Shown: piece by piece, positions 11,104 through 18,845 of the stretch | How the letters are laid out: each line of letters opens with the position of its first letter | Position numbering within the stretch: the first letter of the stretch is position 1 | Origin: Dickeya dadantii NCPPB 898 | GTDB lineage: Bacteria; Pseudomonadota; Gammaproteobacteria; Enterobacterales; Enterobacteriaceae | Length of the DNA: 32,000 nucleotides | Assembly (NCBI RefSeq): GCF_000406145.1 | Contig: NZ_CM001976.1 | Location: 2,072,161-2,104,160, forward strand | Reading direction: 5' to 3' | Position numbers and translations under genes: made by a program | The notes under the pieces: model-generated | The model's database searches: none | Seen by the model: the letters and a program-made list of their open reading frames with translations, nothing else | Told to the model about the DNA's origin: nothing

Positions 11104-11371
11104 AGCGTCTCATACATCGGGTTGGGGCGGAAAAATGCGGCGGATTATACCTGAATCATCGTCAGGAAACAGTCCCGCATGATTATAAAATAATCAGCGA
11201 GAACCGACAGCCGACGGCTGGCACGGTTTGGTGGAACAAGATGCAAATTTGAGTAAATTTTACCTGACGGTTTGGTTCAACATGCTATTAGTTTTACATT
11301 CTGTGTCGTTATTCTTTGTCGTTTTACATGTGGTGGTTTTATCGCCACGACCAATAACAGGGAGAACCTGC

Positions 11372-12496
11372 ATGTTTTTTCCCCGCGTTCATTTTCTTAC
11401 CTTGCCGCTACTGGCGGCAGGCTGGCTGTTTTCCATGAGTTTGTTTGCCGCACCGACAGTCACGGTGTTGCAGGATAACCTTGATCACCCGTGGTCACTG
11501 GCGTTTTTGCCGGACGATCAGGGCTTGTTGCTGACGGAACGTTCCGGTCAGTTGCGGCACTGGCAGGCCGGGAAAGGATTGTCGGCGCCGCTCGACGGCG
11601 TTCCGGTGGTGTTTGCCCGTTCGCAGGGCGGGTTGCTGGATGTGGTGCTGTCGCCGAATTTCCGCCAGGATCGCCGCGTGTACCTGAGTTATGCCGAATC
11701 GGGCCCGGACGGGCTGGCGGGAACGGCGGCAGGATTTGGCGTGTTGTCGGATGATCTGCGGCGGCTGAACAACTTCACCGTGATTTTCCGGCAACTGCCG
11801 AAGCGTTCGACCGGCGCCCATTTCGGCGGACGAATGGCGTTTGACAGGCAAGGGCATCTGTTTATCGCGCTGGGTGAAAATCAGCAGCGTATGCTGGCTC
11901 AGGATCTGGGCAGCCTGCAGGGCAAACTGGTGCGCCTCACCCCAGAGGGTGAAGCGCCGGTTGATAACCCATTCGTTAACCACTCGGGCGCCAGGCCGGA
12001 GATTTGGTCCTACGGGTTACGTAATCCACAAGGGCTGGCGCTGAATCCGTGGTCCGGCGATATCTGGGAAAGCGAACACGGACCGCGAGGCGGCGATGAA
12101 GTCAATATTCCCCGGCCGGGCGAAAATTACGGCTGGCCGTTGGCGACGTACGGTATCGATTATTCAGGGCAAAATATTCCGGAATTTCAGGGAACGGAAG
12201 TAGCCGGTACCGCCAACCCGGTTTACTACTGGAAAGTTTCGCCGGCCATCAGCGGGATGGCGTTTTACAACAGCGGCCGTTTCCCGGCCTGGCGTCATTC
12301 GTTATTCATCGGCGCGCTGGCGGGCACCAGCCTGATCCGGCTGTCCCTGGAAGGGGATCGGGTCGTGTCGGAAGAGCGTTTGCTGGCCGATCGGGGCGAG
12401 CGCATCCGTGATGTGCGGGTCGGGCCGGATGGCTATCTCTATGTGCTGACCGATCAGGATAACGGCAAGTTGCTGAAAGTTGGGCTGGCGGAGTGA
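11372..12496 (+). CDS. yliI: Periplasmic PQQ-dependent soluble aldose sugar dehydrogenase
   Basis: The ATG at 11372 has GGGAGA 6 nt upstream and a signal peptide (MFFPRVHFLTLPLLAAGWLFSMSLFA). VLQDNLDHPWSLAFLPD, GGLLDVVLSP, HFGGRMAFD, GENYGWP and GPDGYLYVLTD are collinear with E. coli YliI. The 48 upstream codons in the ORF track are AT-rich promoter sequence. Confidence 0.9.
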   Translation: MFFPRVHFLTLPLLAAGWLFSMSLFAAPTVTVLQDNLDHPWSLAFLPDDQGLLLTERSGQLRHWQAGKGLSAPLDGVPVVFARSQGGLLDVVLSPNFRQDRRVYLSYAESGPDGLAGTAAGFGVLSDDLRRLNNFTVIFRQLPKRSTGAHFGGRMAFDRQGHLFIALGENQQRMLAQDLGSLQGKLVRLTPEGEAPVDNPFVNHSGARPEIWSYGLRNPQGLALNPWSGDIWESEHGPRGGDEVNIPRPGENYGWPLATYGIDYSGQNIPEFQGTEVAGTANPVYYWKVSPAISGMAFYNSGRFPAWRHSLFIGALAGTSLIRLSLEGDRVVSEERLLADRGERIRDVRVGPDGYLYVLTDQDNGKLLKVGLAE

Positions 12497-12512
12497 CGAT
12501 ATCCGGTGTGAC

Positions 12513-12535
12513 GGAGCGCCTGCGCCGGGCGCTCC
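12513..12535. terminator. Stem-loop between convergent yliI and gstB
   Basis: GGAGCGCC-tgcgccg-GGCGCTCC, an 8-bp GC-rich stem in the 47-bp gap between two convergent stop codons. There is no U-tract on either side. Confidence 0.35.
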
Positions 12536-12543
12536 ACGTAAGA

Positions 12544-13161
12544 TCAGGTCAGCGGCAACATCACGGTCTGGCGGAAGGCATCCCGTTCGGTCAATTGCTG
12601 ATACCAGCGTTCCAGATGCGGGCGAGGCTGGCGGCTAATCGGCAGGTTGAACCAGCTGTAAGCGATGCATCCTAACGGAATGTCGCCAATGCCAAATTCA
12701 TCGCCGGAAAGCCAGCGTTGGTTTGCCAGTACCGCATCGGCGATAGCAAACAGCTTTTCGCAGCCGGCGATACCGGTCTCGACATCCTGCATGTTGCGTT
12801 TTTCCGGCACGGTGCGCACCAGGTTGATAAACACCTGTTTATAAGGTTCGGTGAGCCCTGCGGCCCAGTCCAGCCATTTGTCGATGCCGGCCTGTATCTT
12901 CGGGTCGGCGTGGTAGAAGCGGCCCTGACCATATTGCGCGGCCAGATAACGCACGATGGCGTGCGACTCCCACAATACCAGCTCGTCATCCTGCAGGCAG
13001 GGCACCAGCCCGTTGGGGTTCATGGACAGATAGTCCGCGTCGCGGTTGCGGCCGAATTGCCCACCCGCCGGCACCAGTTCATACGCCAGCCCGAGTTCTG
13101 CCGCACACCAGCGCGCTTTCTTCACATTAGTCGAGTTTTCACGACCCCAGATTATCAGCAT
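12544..13161 (-). CDS. gstB: Glutathione S-transferase
   Basis: The ATG at 13161 follows GAAGGAG. The product MLIIWGRENSTNVKKARW...MNPNGLVPCL...LWESHAIVRYLAAQYGQ...RPHLERWYQQLTERDAFRQ is collinear with E. coli GstB (YliJ). The 23-codon extension in the ORF track was rejected. Confidence 0.9.
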   Translation of the reverse strand: MLIIWGRENSTNVKKARWCAAELGLAYELVPAGGQFGRNRDADYLSMNPNGLVPCLQDDELVLWESHAIVRYLAAQYGQGRFYHADPKIQAGIDKWLDWAAGLTEPYKQVFINLVRTVPEKRNMQDVETGIAGCEKLFAIADAVLANQRWLSGDEFGIGDIPLGCIAYSWFNLPISRQPRPHLERWYQQLTERDAFRQTVMLPLT

Positions 13162-13233
13162 CACATCACTCCTTCCTGATGGTTTTTTATGCAATGAAGC
13201 CGGCGGTTTATCGTGCCGTCTGGCGCTCATGCC

Positions 13234-13287
13234 AATGTCAGTGTTTTAAATAATGTCAGTGTCTTAAATAATGTCAGTGCTTTAAAT
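13234..13287. repeat. Tandem direct repeat, 3 x 18 bp (AATGTCAGTGYYTTAAAT)
   Basis: Units at 13234-13251, 13252-13269 and 13270-13287 are identical except at unit positions 11-12 (tt / tc / ct). The array lies in the divergent intergenic region between gstB and the metQ-like gene. Confidence 0.95.
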
Positions 13288-13470
13288 AACGCTGTTTATC
13301 ACTATACCCACCGCCGCGGTTGGATGTAACCGCTTCTGCGATGGCGATTTATCCGTCATTTGGTATAACAGACAGACAGGAAATATTGATATAGCTTTTT
13401 TCTATTTACCAATCAGGCTGATATTTCCAATAATAACCGCTATTTATTAGCAGACGGGATAACTATATCT

Positions 13471-14334
13471 ATGATATTCACCCAACCTATGACATTAACT
13501 CGTTCGATTCGCGCCGTGCTGGCGGTGGCGCTTTTGGCTTCTGGAACTTCGCAGGCGTTAGCACAGAGCGACCCGCATACTATCGTATTTGGCGTAGCGC
13601 CAGGGCCGTACGGGGATATGGTTAATCAGGCGATCAAGCCGGAGCTGACCAAAAAAGGCTACAACGTGGTGGTACGCGAATTCAGCGACTATGTGCAGCC
13701 CAATCTGGCGTTGTCTAACGGTAGCATCGACGCCAACCTGTTCCAGCATACGCTGTATCTGGATAAATTCTCCGCCGACAAAGGGCTGAAACTCACCCGC
13801 CTGATCACGGTGCCGACTGCCAGTATGGGGTTCTACTCCCGTAAAATCACCTCGCTGGATCAATTGAAGAAAGGGGATGTGATCACCCTGTCCAACGACC
13901 CGACTAATCTGGCGCGCGGCCTGCGTTTTCTGCAATCGCTGGGGTTGATCACCATCAAACCGAATATCGATCCGACCAAAGCGTCGGAAAAAGATATTCA
14001 GGACAACCCGCGCGAACTGGTGTTCAAGCCGCTGGAGGCCGCGCAATTGCCGCGTACGCTGGATAGCGTGACCGCGTCGCTGGTGAACGGCAACTTCGCC
14101 ATTGCCGCCGGGTTGAAACTCTCGTCCGCGTTGAAGCTGGAAACGTTGGATGAAAATCTGAAAAACGTGATTGCGGTTCGTACCGACGATCTGGACAAGC
14201 CGTTCGTGAAAGAGATTAAAGCGGTGGTGGAATCCCCGGCGTATGCCGCGGTGATTAACGATCCGGCCACGATGTTCAGCCAGTTCCAGCGTCCTGACTG
14301 GATGAGGGCGCAAACGCCGACGCCGGCCCAATAA
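13471..14334 (+). CDS. NlpA/MetQ-family periplasmic substrate-binding protein (methionine-type ABC transporter), apparently not lipidated
   Basis: MetQ-family blocks: FSDYVQPNLALSNGSIDANLFQH, LSNDPTNLARGL..LQ, EAAQLPR.LD. The signal peptide ends ...LLASGTSQALA|QSD and has no lipobox cysteine. The start could alternatively be the ATG at 13489. Confidence 0.85.
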   Translation: MIFTQPMTLTRSIRAVLAVALLASGTSQALAQSDPHTIVFGVAPGPYGDMVNQAIKPELTKKGYNVVVREFSDYVQPNLALSNGSIDANLFQHTLYLDKFSADKGLKLTRLITVPTASMGFYSRKITSLDQLKKGDVITLSNDPTNLARGLRFLQSLGLITIKPNIDPTKASEKDIQDNPRELVFKPLEAAQLPRTLDSVTASLVNGNFAIAAGLKLSSALKLETLDENLKNVIAVRTDDLDKPFVKEIKAVVESPAYAAVINDPATMFSQFQRPDWMRAQTPTPAQ

Positions 14335-14421
14335 TAACGATCAAAAGCCGATGGTGGTTGGCGGCCTGAAAGCCATCGGCAGTACGCCGATTCAGAACCA
14401 GGATCGCGTGGTATCAGTATG

Positions 14422-14452
14422 AGCCGGTCTTCGACCGGCTTTCTGTTTTTCT
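14422..14452 (+). terminator. Intra-operon Rho-independent terminator/attenuator between the binding-protein and ATPase genes
   Basis: AGCCGGTC-ttc-GACCGGCT (14422-14440) is followed by TTCTGTTTTTCTT. It lies 88 nt after the binding-protein stop and about 30 nt before the ATPase start. Confidence 0.7.
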
Positions 14453-14481
14453 TCCATTGGTTATCAGGAGTCATGCGGATA

Positions 14482-15498
14482 ATGATTCAGTTAGAAAATA
14501 TCTGCGTAGAATTTCCTCAGGGAAAAGGCGCGGGCGCGCGGGCGGTCGATGACGTCAGCCTGCACATTCGTCAGGGAGAGGTCTACGGGATTGTCGGCGC
14601 CAGCGGGGCGGGGAAAAGTACGCTGCTGCGCACTATTAATCTATTGCAACGCCCGGTTTCGGGCCAGGTGCGGGTCAACGGCGTGCGGGTCAGTGACCTG
14701 AGCGGTCAGGCGCTGCGTGCCGAACGTCAGAAAATTGGCATGATTTTTCAGCACTTCAATTTGATGCAGACGCGTACCGTGGCGCAGAACGTGGCGTTCA
14801 GTCTGCGTGCCGCCGGTAAACCAACGCCGGTGATTAATCAGCGGGTCCCGGAAATTTTGGCGCTGGTGGGGCTGGCGGATAAAGCCGACGCTTATCCGTC
14901 ACAGTTGAGCGGCGGTCAGAAACAACGTGTGGGCATCGCCCGCGCCATCGCTAATCACCCGGAGGTGCTGCTGTGTGATGAACCGACATCGGCGCTGGAT
15001 CTGGAAACATCGGCGGCGATTCTGGATTTGCTGAAACAGATTAATCAGAAACTGGGCATCACCATTGTGTTGATTTCCCACGAAATGAGCGTGATAAAAA
15101 CGATTTGCGATCGGGTAGCGGTGATGACCGGCGGTCGCGTGGTGGAAGAGGGTGAGGTGTTCGATATTTTCGCCACGCCGCAACATGCCTTTACCCGACA
15201 ACTGGTGTCGCACACCCTTAACCTGGAGCTGCCGGCGCGCCTGAAGCAGGAACTGCGCGGCACGTTGCTGAAAATCCTGTTCATCGGCGAGTCGGCCGAA
15301 CAGCCGGTGCTGTCGGATGTGGCGACCCGCTATGGCGTATCGGTCAATATCCTGCACGGCAAAATCGAGTATATCGGCCATCGGGCGTTAGGCGTTCTGG
15401 TCGCATTGCTCACCCATCCCAGCGACAAGCGGGTGGTGGCGGATGCGGTGAAACACATTCAACAACGCACGGCTCAGGTGGAGGTGCTGCATGGCTGA
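14482..15498 (+). CDS. MetN-like ABC transporter ATP-binding protein
   Basis: Walker A GASGAGKST, signature LSGGQKQRVGIARA, Walker B LLCDEPTSALD, H-loop, and a C-terminal NIL/ACT-like regulatory domain typical of MetN. Start MIQLENICVEF (ATG 14482) parallels E. coli MetN MIKLSNITKVF. ATG 14473 is an alternative. The ORF-track N-terminus translates the terminator hairpin. Confidence 0.88.
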   Translation: MIQLENICVEFPQGKGAGARAVDDVSLHIRQGEVYGIVGASGAGKSTLLRTINLLQRPVSGQVRVNGVRVSDLSGQALRAERQKIGMIFQHFNLMQTRTVAQNVAFSLRAAGKPTPVINQRVPEILALVGLADKADAYPSQLSGGQKQRVGIARAIANHPEVLLCDEPTSALDLETSAAILDLLKQINQKLGITIVLISHEMSVIKTICDRVAVMTGGRVVEEGEVFDIFATPQHAFTRQLVSHTLNLELPARLKQELRGTLLKILFIGESAEQPVLSDVATRYGVSVNILHGKIEYIGHRALGVLVALLTHPSDKRVVADAVKHIQQRTAQVEVLHG

Positions 15499-16153
15499 GT
15501 TGCTGACCGATCTGTTCAATGCTTTCAACGAAACCTTCCAGATGGTAGGCATTTCGACGCTGTTCGCTGTGCTGGGTGGTTTACCGCTTGGGTTTCTAAT
15601 CTATGTGACCGACCGTCATCTGTTCTGGGAAAACCGTTTCTTCTATCTGTTTGGCACCGTGCTGGTGAATATCATCCGCTCGATTCCGTTCGTCATTTTG
15701 CTGGTATTGTTGCTGCCGTTGACCCAGTTCCTGCTGGGGAACACCATCGGCCCGGTAGCGGCGGCTGTGCCGATGTCGGTGGCCGCAATAGCGTTCTATG
15801 CGCGTCTGGTCGACAGCGCCCTGCGTGACGTGGATCCGGGGATTGTGGAAGCGGCGGAGGCGTTTGGCGCCAGCCCACTGCGCATCATCGGTACGGTACT
15901 GCTGCCGGAAGCGCGCGCCGGCCTGCTGCGAGGATTGACCATTACGCTGGTCAGCCTGATTGGGTACTCGGCGATGGCCGGGATTGTCGGCGGCGGCGGC
16001 GTGGGCGATCTGGCGATTCGTTTCGGCTATTACCGTTACGAAACCCAGGTGATGGTGATTACCGTGATAGCGCTGGTTATTCTGGTACAGATTGTACAAA
16101 CGTTGGGTGACTGGCTGGCAAAACGCGCTGACAAGCGCGAACGTCGTCGATAA
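15491..16153 (+). CDS. MetI-like ABC transporter permease
   Basis: The start overlaps the ATPase stop (ATGGCTGA, 8-nt overlap). The product is a five-TM permease with the EAA-loop region (EAAEAFGASPLRIIGTVLLPEA) and is collinear with E. coli MetI. Confidence 0.9.
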   Translation: MAELLTDLFNAFNETFQMVGISTLFAVLGGLPLGFLIYVTDRHLFWENRFFYLFGTVLVNIIRSIPFVILLVLLLPLTQFLLGNTIGPVAAAVPMSVAAIAFYARLVDSALRDVDPGIVEAAEAFGASPLRIIGTVLLPEARAGLLRGLTITLVSLIGYSAMAGIVGGGGVGDLAIRFGYYRYETQVMVITVIALVILVQIVQTLGDWLAKRADKRERRR

Positions 16154-16182
16154 TTAAATATTTTTTGATAATCCATGCGAAA

Positions 16183-16215
16183 GCCAGGCCGCTGATCTTT
16201 ATTCAGGGGCCTGGC
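16183..16215. terminator. Stem-loop between the convergent permease gene and rhlA, a probable shared terminator
   Basis: GCCAGGCC-g-CTGA-tctttat-TCAG-g-GGCCTGGC. On the minus strand it is followed by TTTCGC. It lies 15 nt after the rhlA stop and 30 nt after the permease stop. Confidence 0.45.
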
Positions 16216-16229
16216 GAATAAGCATTTAG

Positions 16230-17048
16230 TTATGCGAAAAACGTTATTATTCTTTCCGCTACCTGTTTAGCGGCCTTCCGGTTTTCGAGGTCAAGGAAGT
16301 GACCCGCTTCAGGAATCGTGCTGAATTCACAGAGCCTGATATACTTTTCCATTTTTTTGATATCGTCGGCGGTAGTGTATTCGTCATTTTCGCCATTCAA
16401 AAAAAGTATCTCAGCATTAATATCTTTGAATATCTCGATATACTGCTCTTCCTTAAGGGTGAGAACCTGATCTATATGGAAATTGACCTGCTGAAACGCA
16501 AATTCGCTCATGGAGGAGATATGCTTCAGATTAATGTGCTTCAATAATGGCGGCAGGAATTTACCTACTTCATTATTGAGCAACTCTGCCGCATGTTCGA
16601 ATTCCTTCGAGTGGATATAATGCCTGGCGCGTTGGATATAATCCCGCATTTTATCGTTAAGATGTGCTGAAAACGACGCGATCACGGCTTTCTTGATCCG
16701 TTTGGGCTTGTTTGACAAGGCGAGCATTGAAGAGAGCCCGCCCCAGGAAATCGACAGGATATGGTCCGGTTCAAGCGTATCGATGAGATGAAGCAGGATA
16801 TTGACTTCATCGTTTTTGGTTATGACTCTATCCAGCGTGTTGTGAGGCAATGATTCGCCAATAAACGGCAAATCAAAAAGAATTATATTAAACCTGCTGG
16901 ACAGGTTTTTGACGGTGTTTTTGAATGCTGCCGTTGTCGATAGTGCTCCGTTAACCATAATAATGGTTTCATGTGCAGGATCGGAAATATGCTTTTCAAC
17001 ATATATTTTCCATGAGTCATATGTGACAATGCATTTTTCTATGGACAT
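16230..17048 (-). CDS. rhlA: RhlA-like 3-(3-hydroxyalkanoyloxy)alkanoate (HAA) synthase, alpha/beta-hydrolase fold
   Basis: AGGGA lies 7 nt upstream of the ATG. The 272-aa product matches my recollection of P. aeruginosa RhlA block by block: IIMVNGALSTTAAF, FNIILFDLPFIGES, ITKNDEVNILL, nucleophile elbow SISWGGLS, FHIDQVLTL, NGENDEYTTADD, GHFLDLEN. The gene is visibly AT-rich compared with its neighbours. Confidence 0.8.
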   Translation of the reverse strand: MSIEKCIVTYDSWKIYVEKHISDPAHETIIMVNGALSTTAAFKNTVKNLSSRFNIILFDLPFIGESLPHNTLDRVITKNDEVNILLHLIDTLEPDHILSISWGGLSSMLALSNKPKRIKKAVIASFSAHLNDKMRDYIQRARHYIHSKEFEHAAELLNNEVGKFLPPLLKHINLKHISSMSEFAFQQVNFHIDQVLTLKEEQYIEIFKDINAEILFLNGENDEYTTADDIKKMEKYIRLCEFSTIPEAGHFLDLENRKAAKQVAERIITFFA

Positions 17049-17571
17049 GATAAATTCCCTTTTGTTTGCCCGGCCAAGGCATGGCGCTATCGTTAGAGCG
17101 TTTTTAGTAGTGAGATTTAACCGAATTAATAATTCTCCCTCTGAAAAAGACCGAAGGAATACCGTTTCTATCTTTGTTGTTAATATATTGACATCGTTAA
17201 TTTATCACATTATTTGGGATGAGATAAATGCCACTTAATTTATTCGCACTATTAAGCTTTCTAAAAAGAAATAATGAATTAAAAATGTTGAACTAAGCGG
17301 TATATGAAGAATTTTTAATAAAAAATTTTAATGATTTCGACAGATGTGTGGGTGTGTCCACGCTATGGCGGTGTAAACGAGGGTGTTTGTTGCCTGTTGA
17401 TAGTGAATCTGACTGTGTATTCAGACAGATTCTGCTGATTTTTTTATTTTCTTTGACGAACTTTACAGAGTGAACGATTTTATTCTCAGGTATGCCGGGC
17501 TACCTTAGTACAGACTGGGCTGGGTAAACTGATTGATCCTCTTCACTTTTAACAATTTATGGACAGTGCGC

Positions 17572-18780
17572 ATGAAGATAGTGACACCTCGCATTTCCTG
17601 GGGACGCGTAGTCGTGGCGGCCGCCACGGCGCTGATGACGGTTTCGCCGGGACTTCGGGCTGAGCAGACGCCACCGCCTCCGCAAATTGAGGCCAAAGCC
17701 TTTATTCTGATCGATTACGCCAGTGGCCGGGTGCTGGCGGAGTCAAATGCCGATGCCAGACTGGATCCCGCCAGCCTGACTAAAATCATGTCCAGCTATG
17801 TGATTGGTCAGGCCATCAAGGTGGGAAAGATTACGCCGGAAGATAAAGTAACCGTTGGGAAAGACGCCTGGGCGACCGGTAATCCGGCGCTGCGCGGCTC
17901 GTCGCTGATGTTTCTCAAGCCAGGTGACCAGATTCCGGTGTCCGAACTTAATAAAGGCATGGTGATCCAGTCCGGCAATGACGCCAGCATTGCACTGGCG
18001 GACTATGTCGCCGGCAGCCAGGATGCGTTCGTCAGCCTGATGAACCAGTACGCCGCTACTCTCGGACTGGCGAATACCCATTTTCTCACTGTGCACGGCC
18101 TGGATACGCCGGGGCAGTACAGCACCGCACGCGATATGGCGCGCCTGACTCAGGCGTTGATCCGCTATGTGCCGGGCGAATACGCCTTGCACAGCGAAAA
18201 AGAATTTACGTTCAATAATATCCGCCAGCCCAACCGTAACCGCCTGCTGTGGAGCGGCAATTTGCGCGTAGATGGCGTGAAAACCGGCTATACCGGCGGC
18301 GCGGGCCACAGTCTGGTGGCGTCCGCCGTTGATAGCGACATGCGGCTGATTTCGGTCGTGCTGGGCGCGCCGTCGGACGCGGTACGCTTCCGGGAAAGTG
18401 AAAAGCTGTTGACCTGGGGGTTCCGCTTCTTTGAAACCGTGACGCCGGTGCGCAGCGATGCGCCATTCACCACTCAGCGAGTGTGGTTCGGCACTGAAAA
18501 ACAGGTCAGACTGAGCGTCGCGCAGGACGCTGCGCTGACCGCGCCGAAAGGGCAAATGAAAAACCTGAAGGCTAGCTTCACGCTGGCGCAGCCGCAGTTG
18601 AAAGCGCCGTTGAAGAAAGGGCAGGTGGTTGGCACCATTGATTTCCAACTGGATGGCAACAGTATCGGCCAGCGGCCGTTGGTGGTGATGGAAGACATAC
18701 CGGAAGCCGGTTTCTTCAGCCGTCTGTGGGATCGGGTGCTGATGACGTTGTCCGGCTGGTTTGGCGGAATATTCGGTTAG
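17572..18780 (+). CDS. dacC: D-alanyl-D-alanine carboxypeptidase (PBP6-type)
   Basis: The ATG at 17572 gives a signal peptide ([30 protein letters not shown]). Motifs present: active-site SLTK, SGN and KTG(Y)T. Long blocks are identical to E. coli DacC ([59 protein letters not shown]). The neighbouring deoR matches E. coli synteny. The TTG at 17533 in the ORF track was rejected. Confidence 0.88.
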   Translation: MKIVTPRISWGRVVVAAATALMTVSPGLRAEQTPPPPQIEAKAFILIDYASGRVLAESNADARLDPASLTKIMSSYVIGQAIKVGKITPEDKVTVGKDAWATGNPALRGSSLMFLKPGDQIPVSELNKGMVIQSGNDASIALADYVAGSQDAFVSLMNQYAATLGLANTHFLTVHGLDTPGQYSTARDMARLTQALIRYVPGEYALHSEKEFTFNNIRQPNRNRLLWSGNLRVDGVKTGYTGGAGHSLVASAVDSDMRLISVVLGAPSDAVRFRESEKLLTWGFRFFETVTPVRSDAPFTTQRVWFGTEKQVRLSVAQDAALTAPKGQMKNLKASFTLAQPQLKAPLKKGQVVGTIDFQLDGNSIGQRPLVVMEDIPEAGFFSRLWDRVLMTLSGWFGGIFG

Positions 18781-18800
18781 TCTTCCTGACGCCGTGAGCC

Positions 18801-18820
18801 GATGGCCCGGTCGGGCCATC
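18801..18820. terminator. Stem-loop between convergent dacC and deoR
   Basis: GATGGCCC-ggtc-GGGCCATC, an 8-bp stem in the 65-bp gap between convergent stops. No clear U-tract. Confidence 0.35.
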
Positions 18821-18845
18821 TGTCGCAATGGACAGGGTGCCAGCG

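Noticed and set aside
9736-11154. Long antisense ORFs opposite real genes. Examples: 472 aa opposite rimO (9736-11154), 409 aa opposite potG (27075-28304), 361 aa opposite dacC (17743-18828), 336 aa opposite MCP-2 (3449-4459), 292 aa opposite potI (29269-30147), 257 aa opposite the MetQ-like gene (13558-14331) and 255 aa opposite MCP-3 (5914-6681).
   Set aside because: Their products are Arg/Gly/His/Gln-rich low-complexity strings with no recognisable motifs and no RBS. Such open antisense frames are expected opposite GC-rich genes with strong codon bias. In each case the sense-strand gene has unambiguous homology.
13370-13380. AGACAGACAGG upstream of the MetQ-like gene, considered as tandem MetJ boxes (AGACGTCT).
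   Set aside because: Only the AGAC half of each 8-mer matches (about 4/8 per box). That is not enough to call MetJ regulation.
16154-17500. Search for mobile-element hallmarks around the rhlA islet: integrase, transposase, IS inverted repeats, tRNA, flanking direct repeats.
   Set aside because: None was found by eye. The islet is therefore reported as compositionally atypical only, not as a mobile element.
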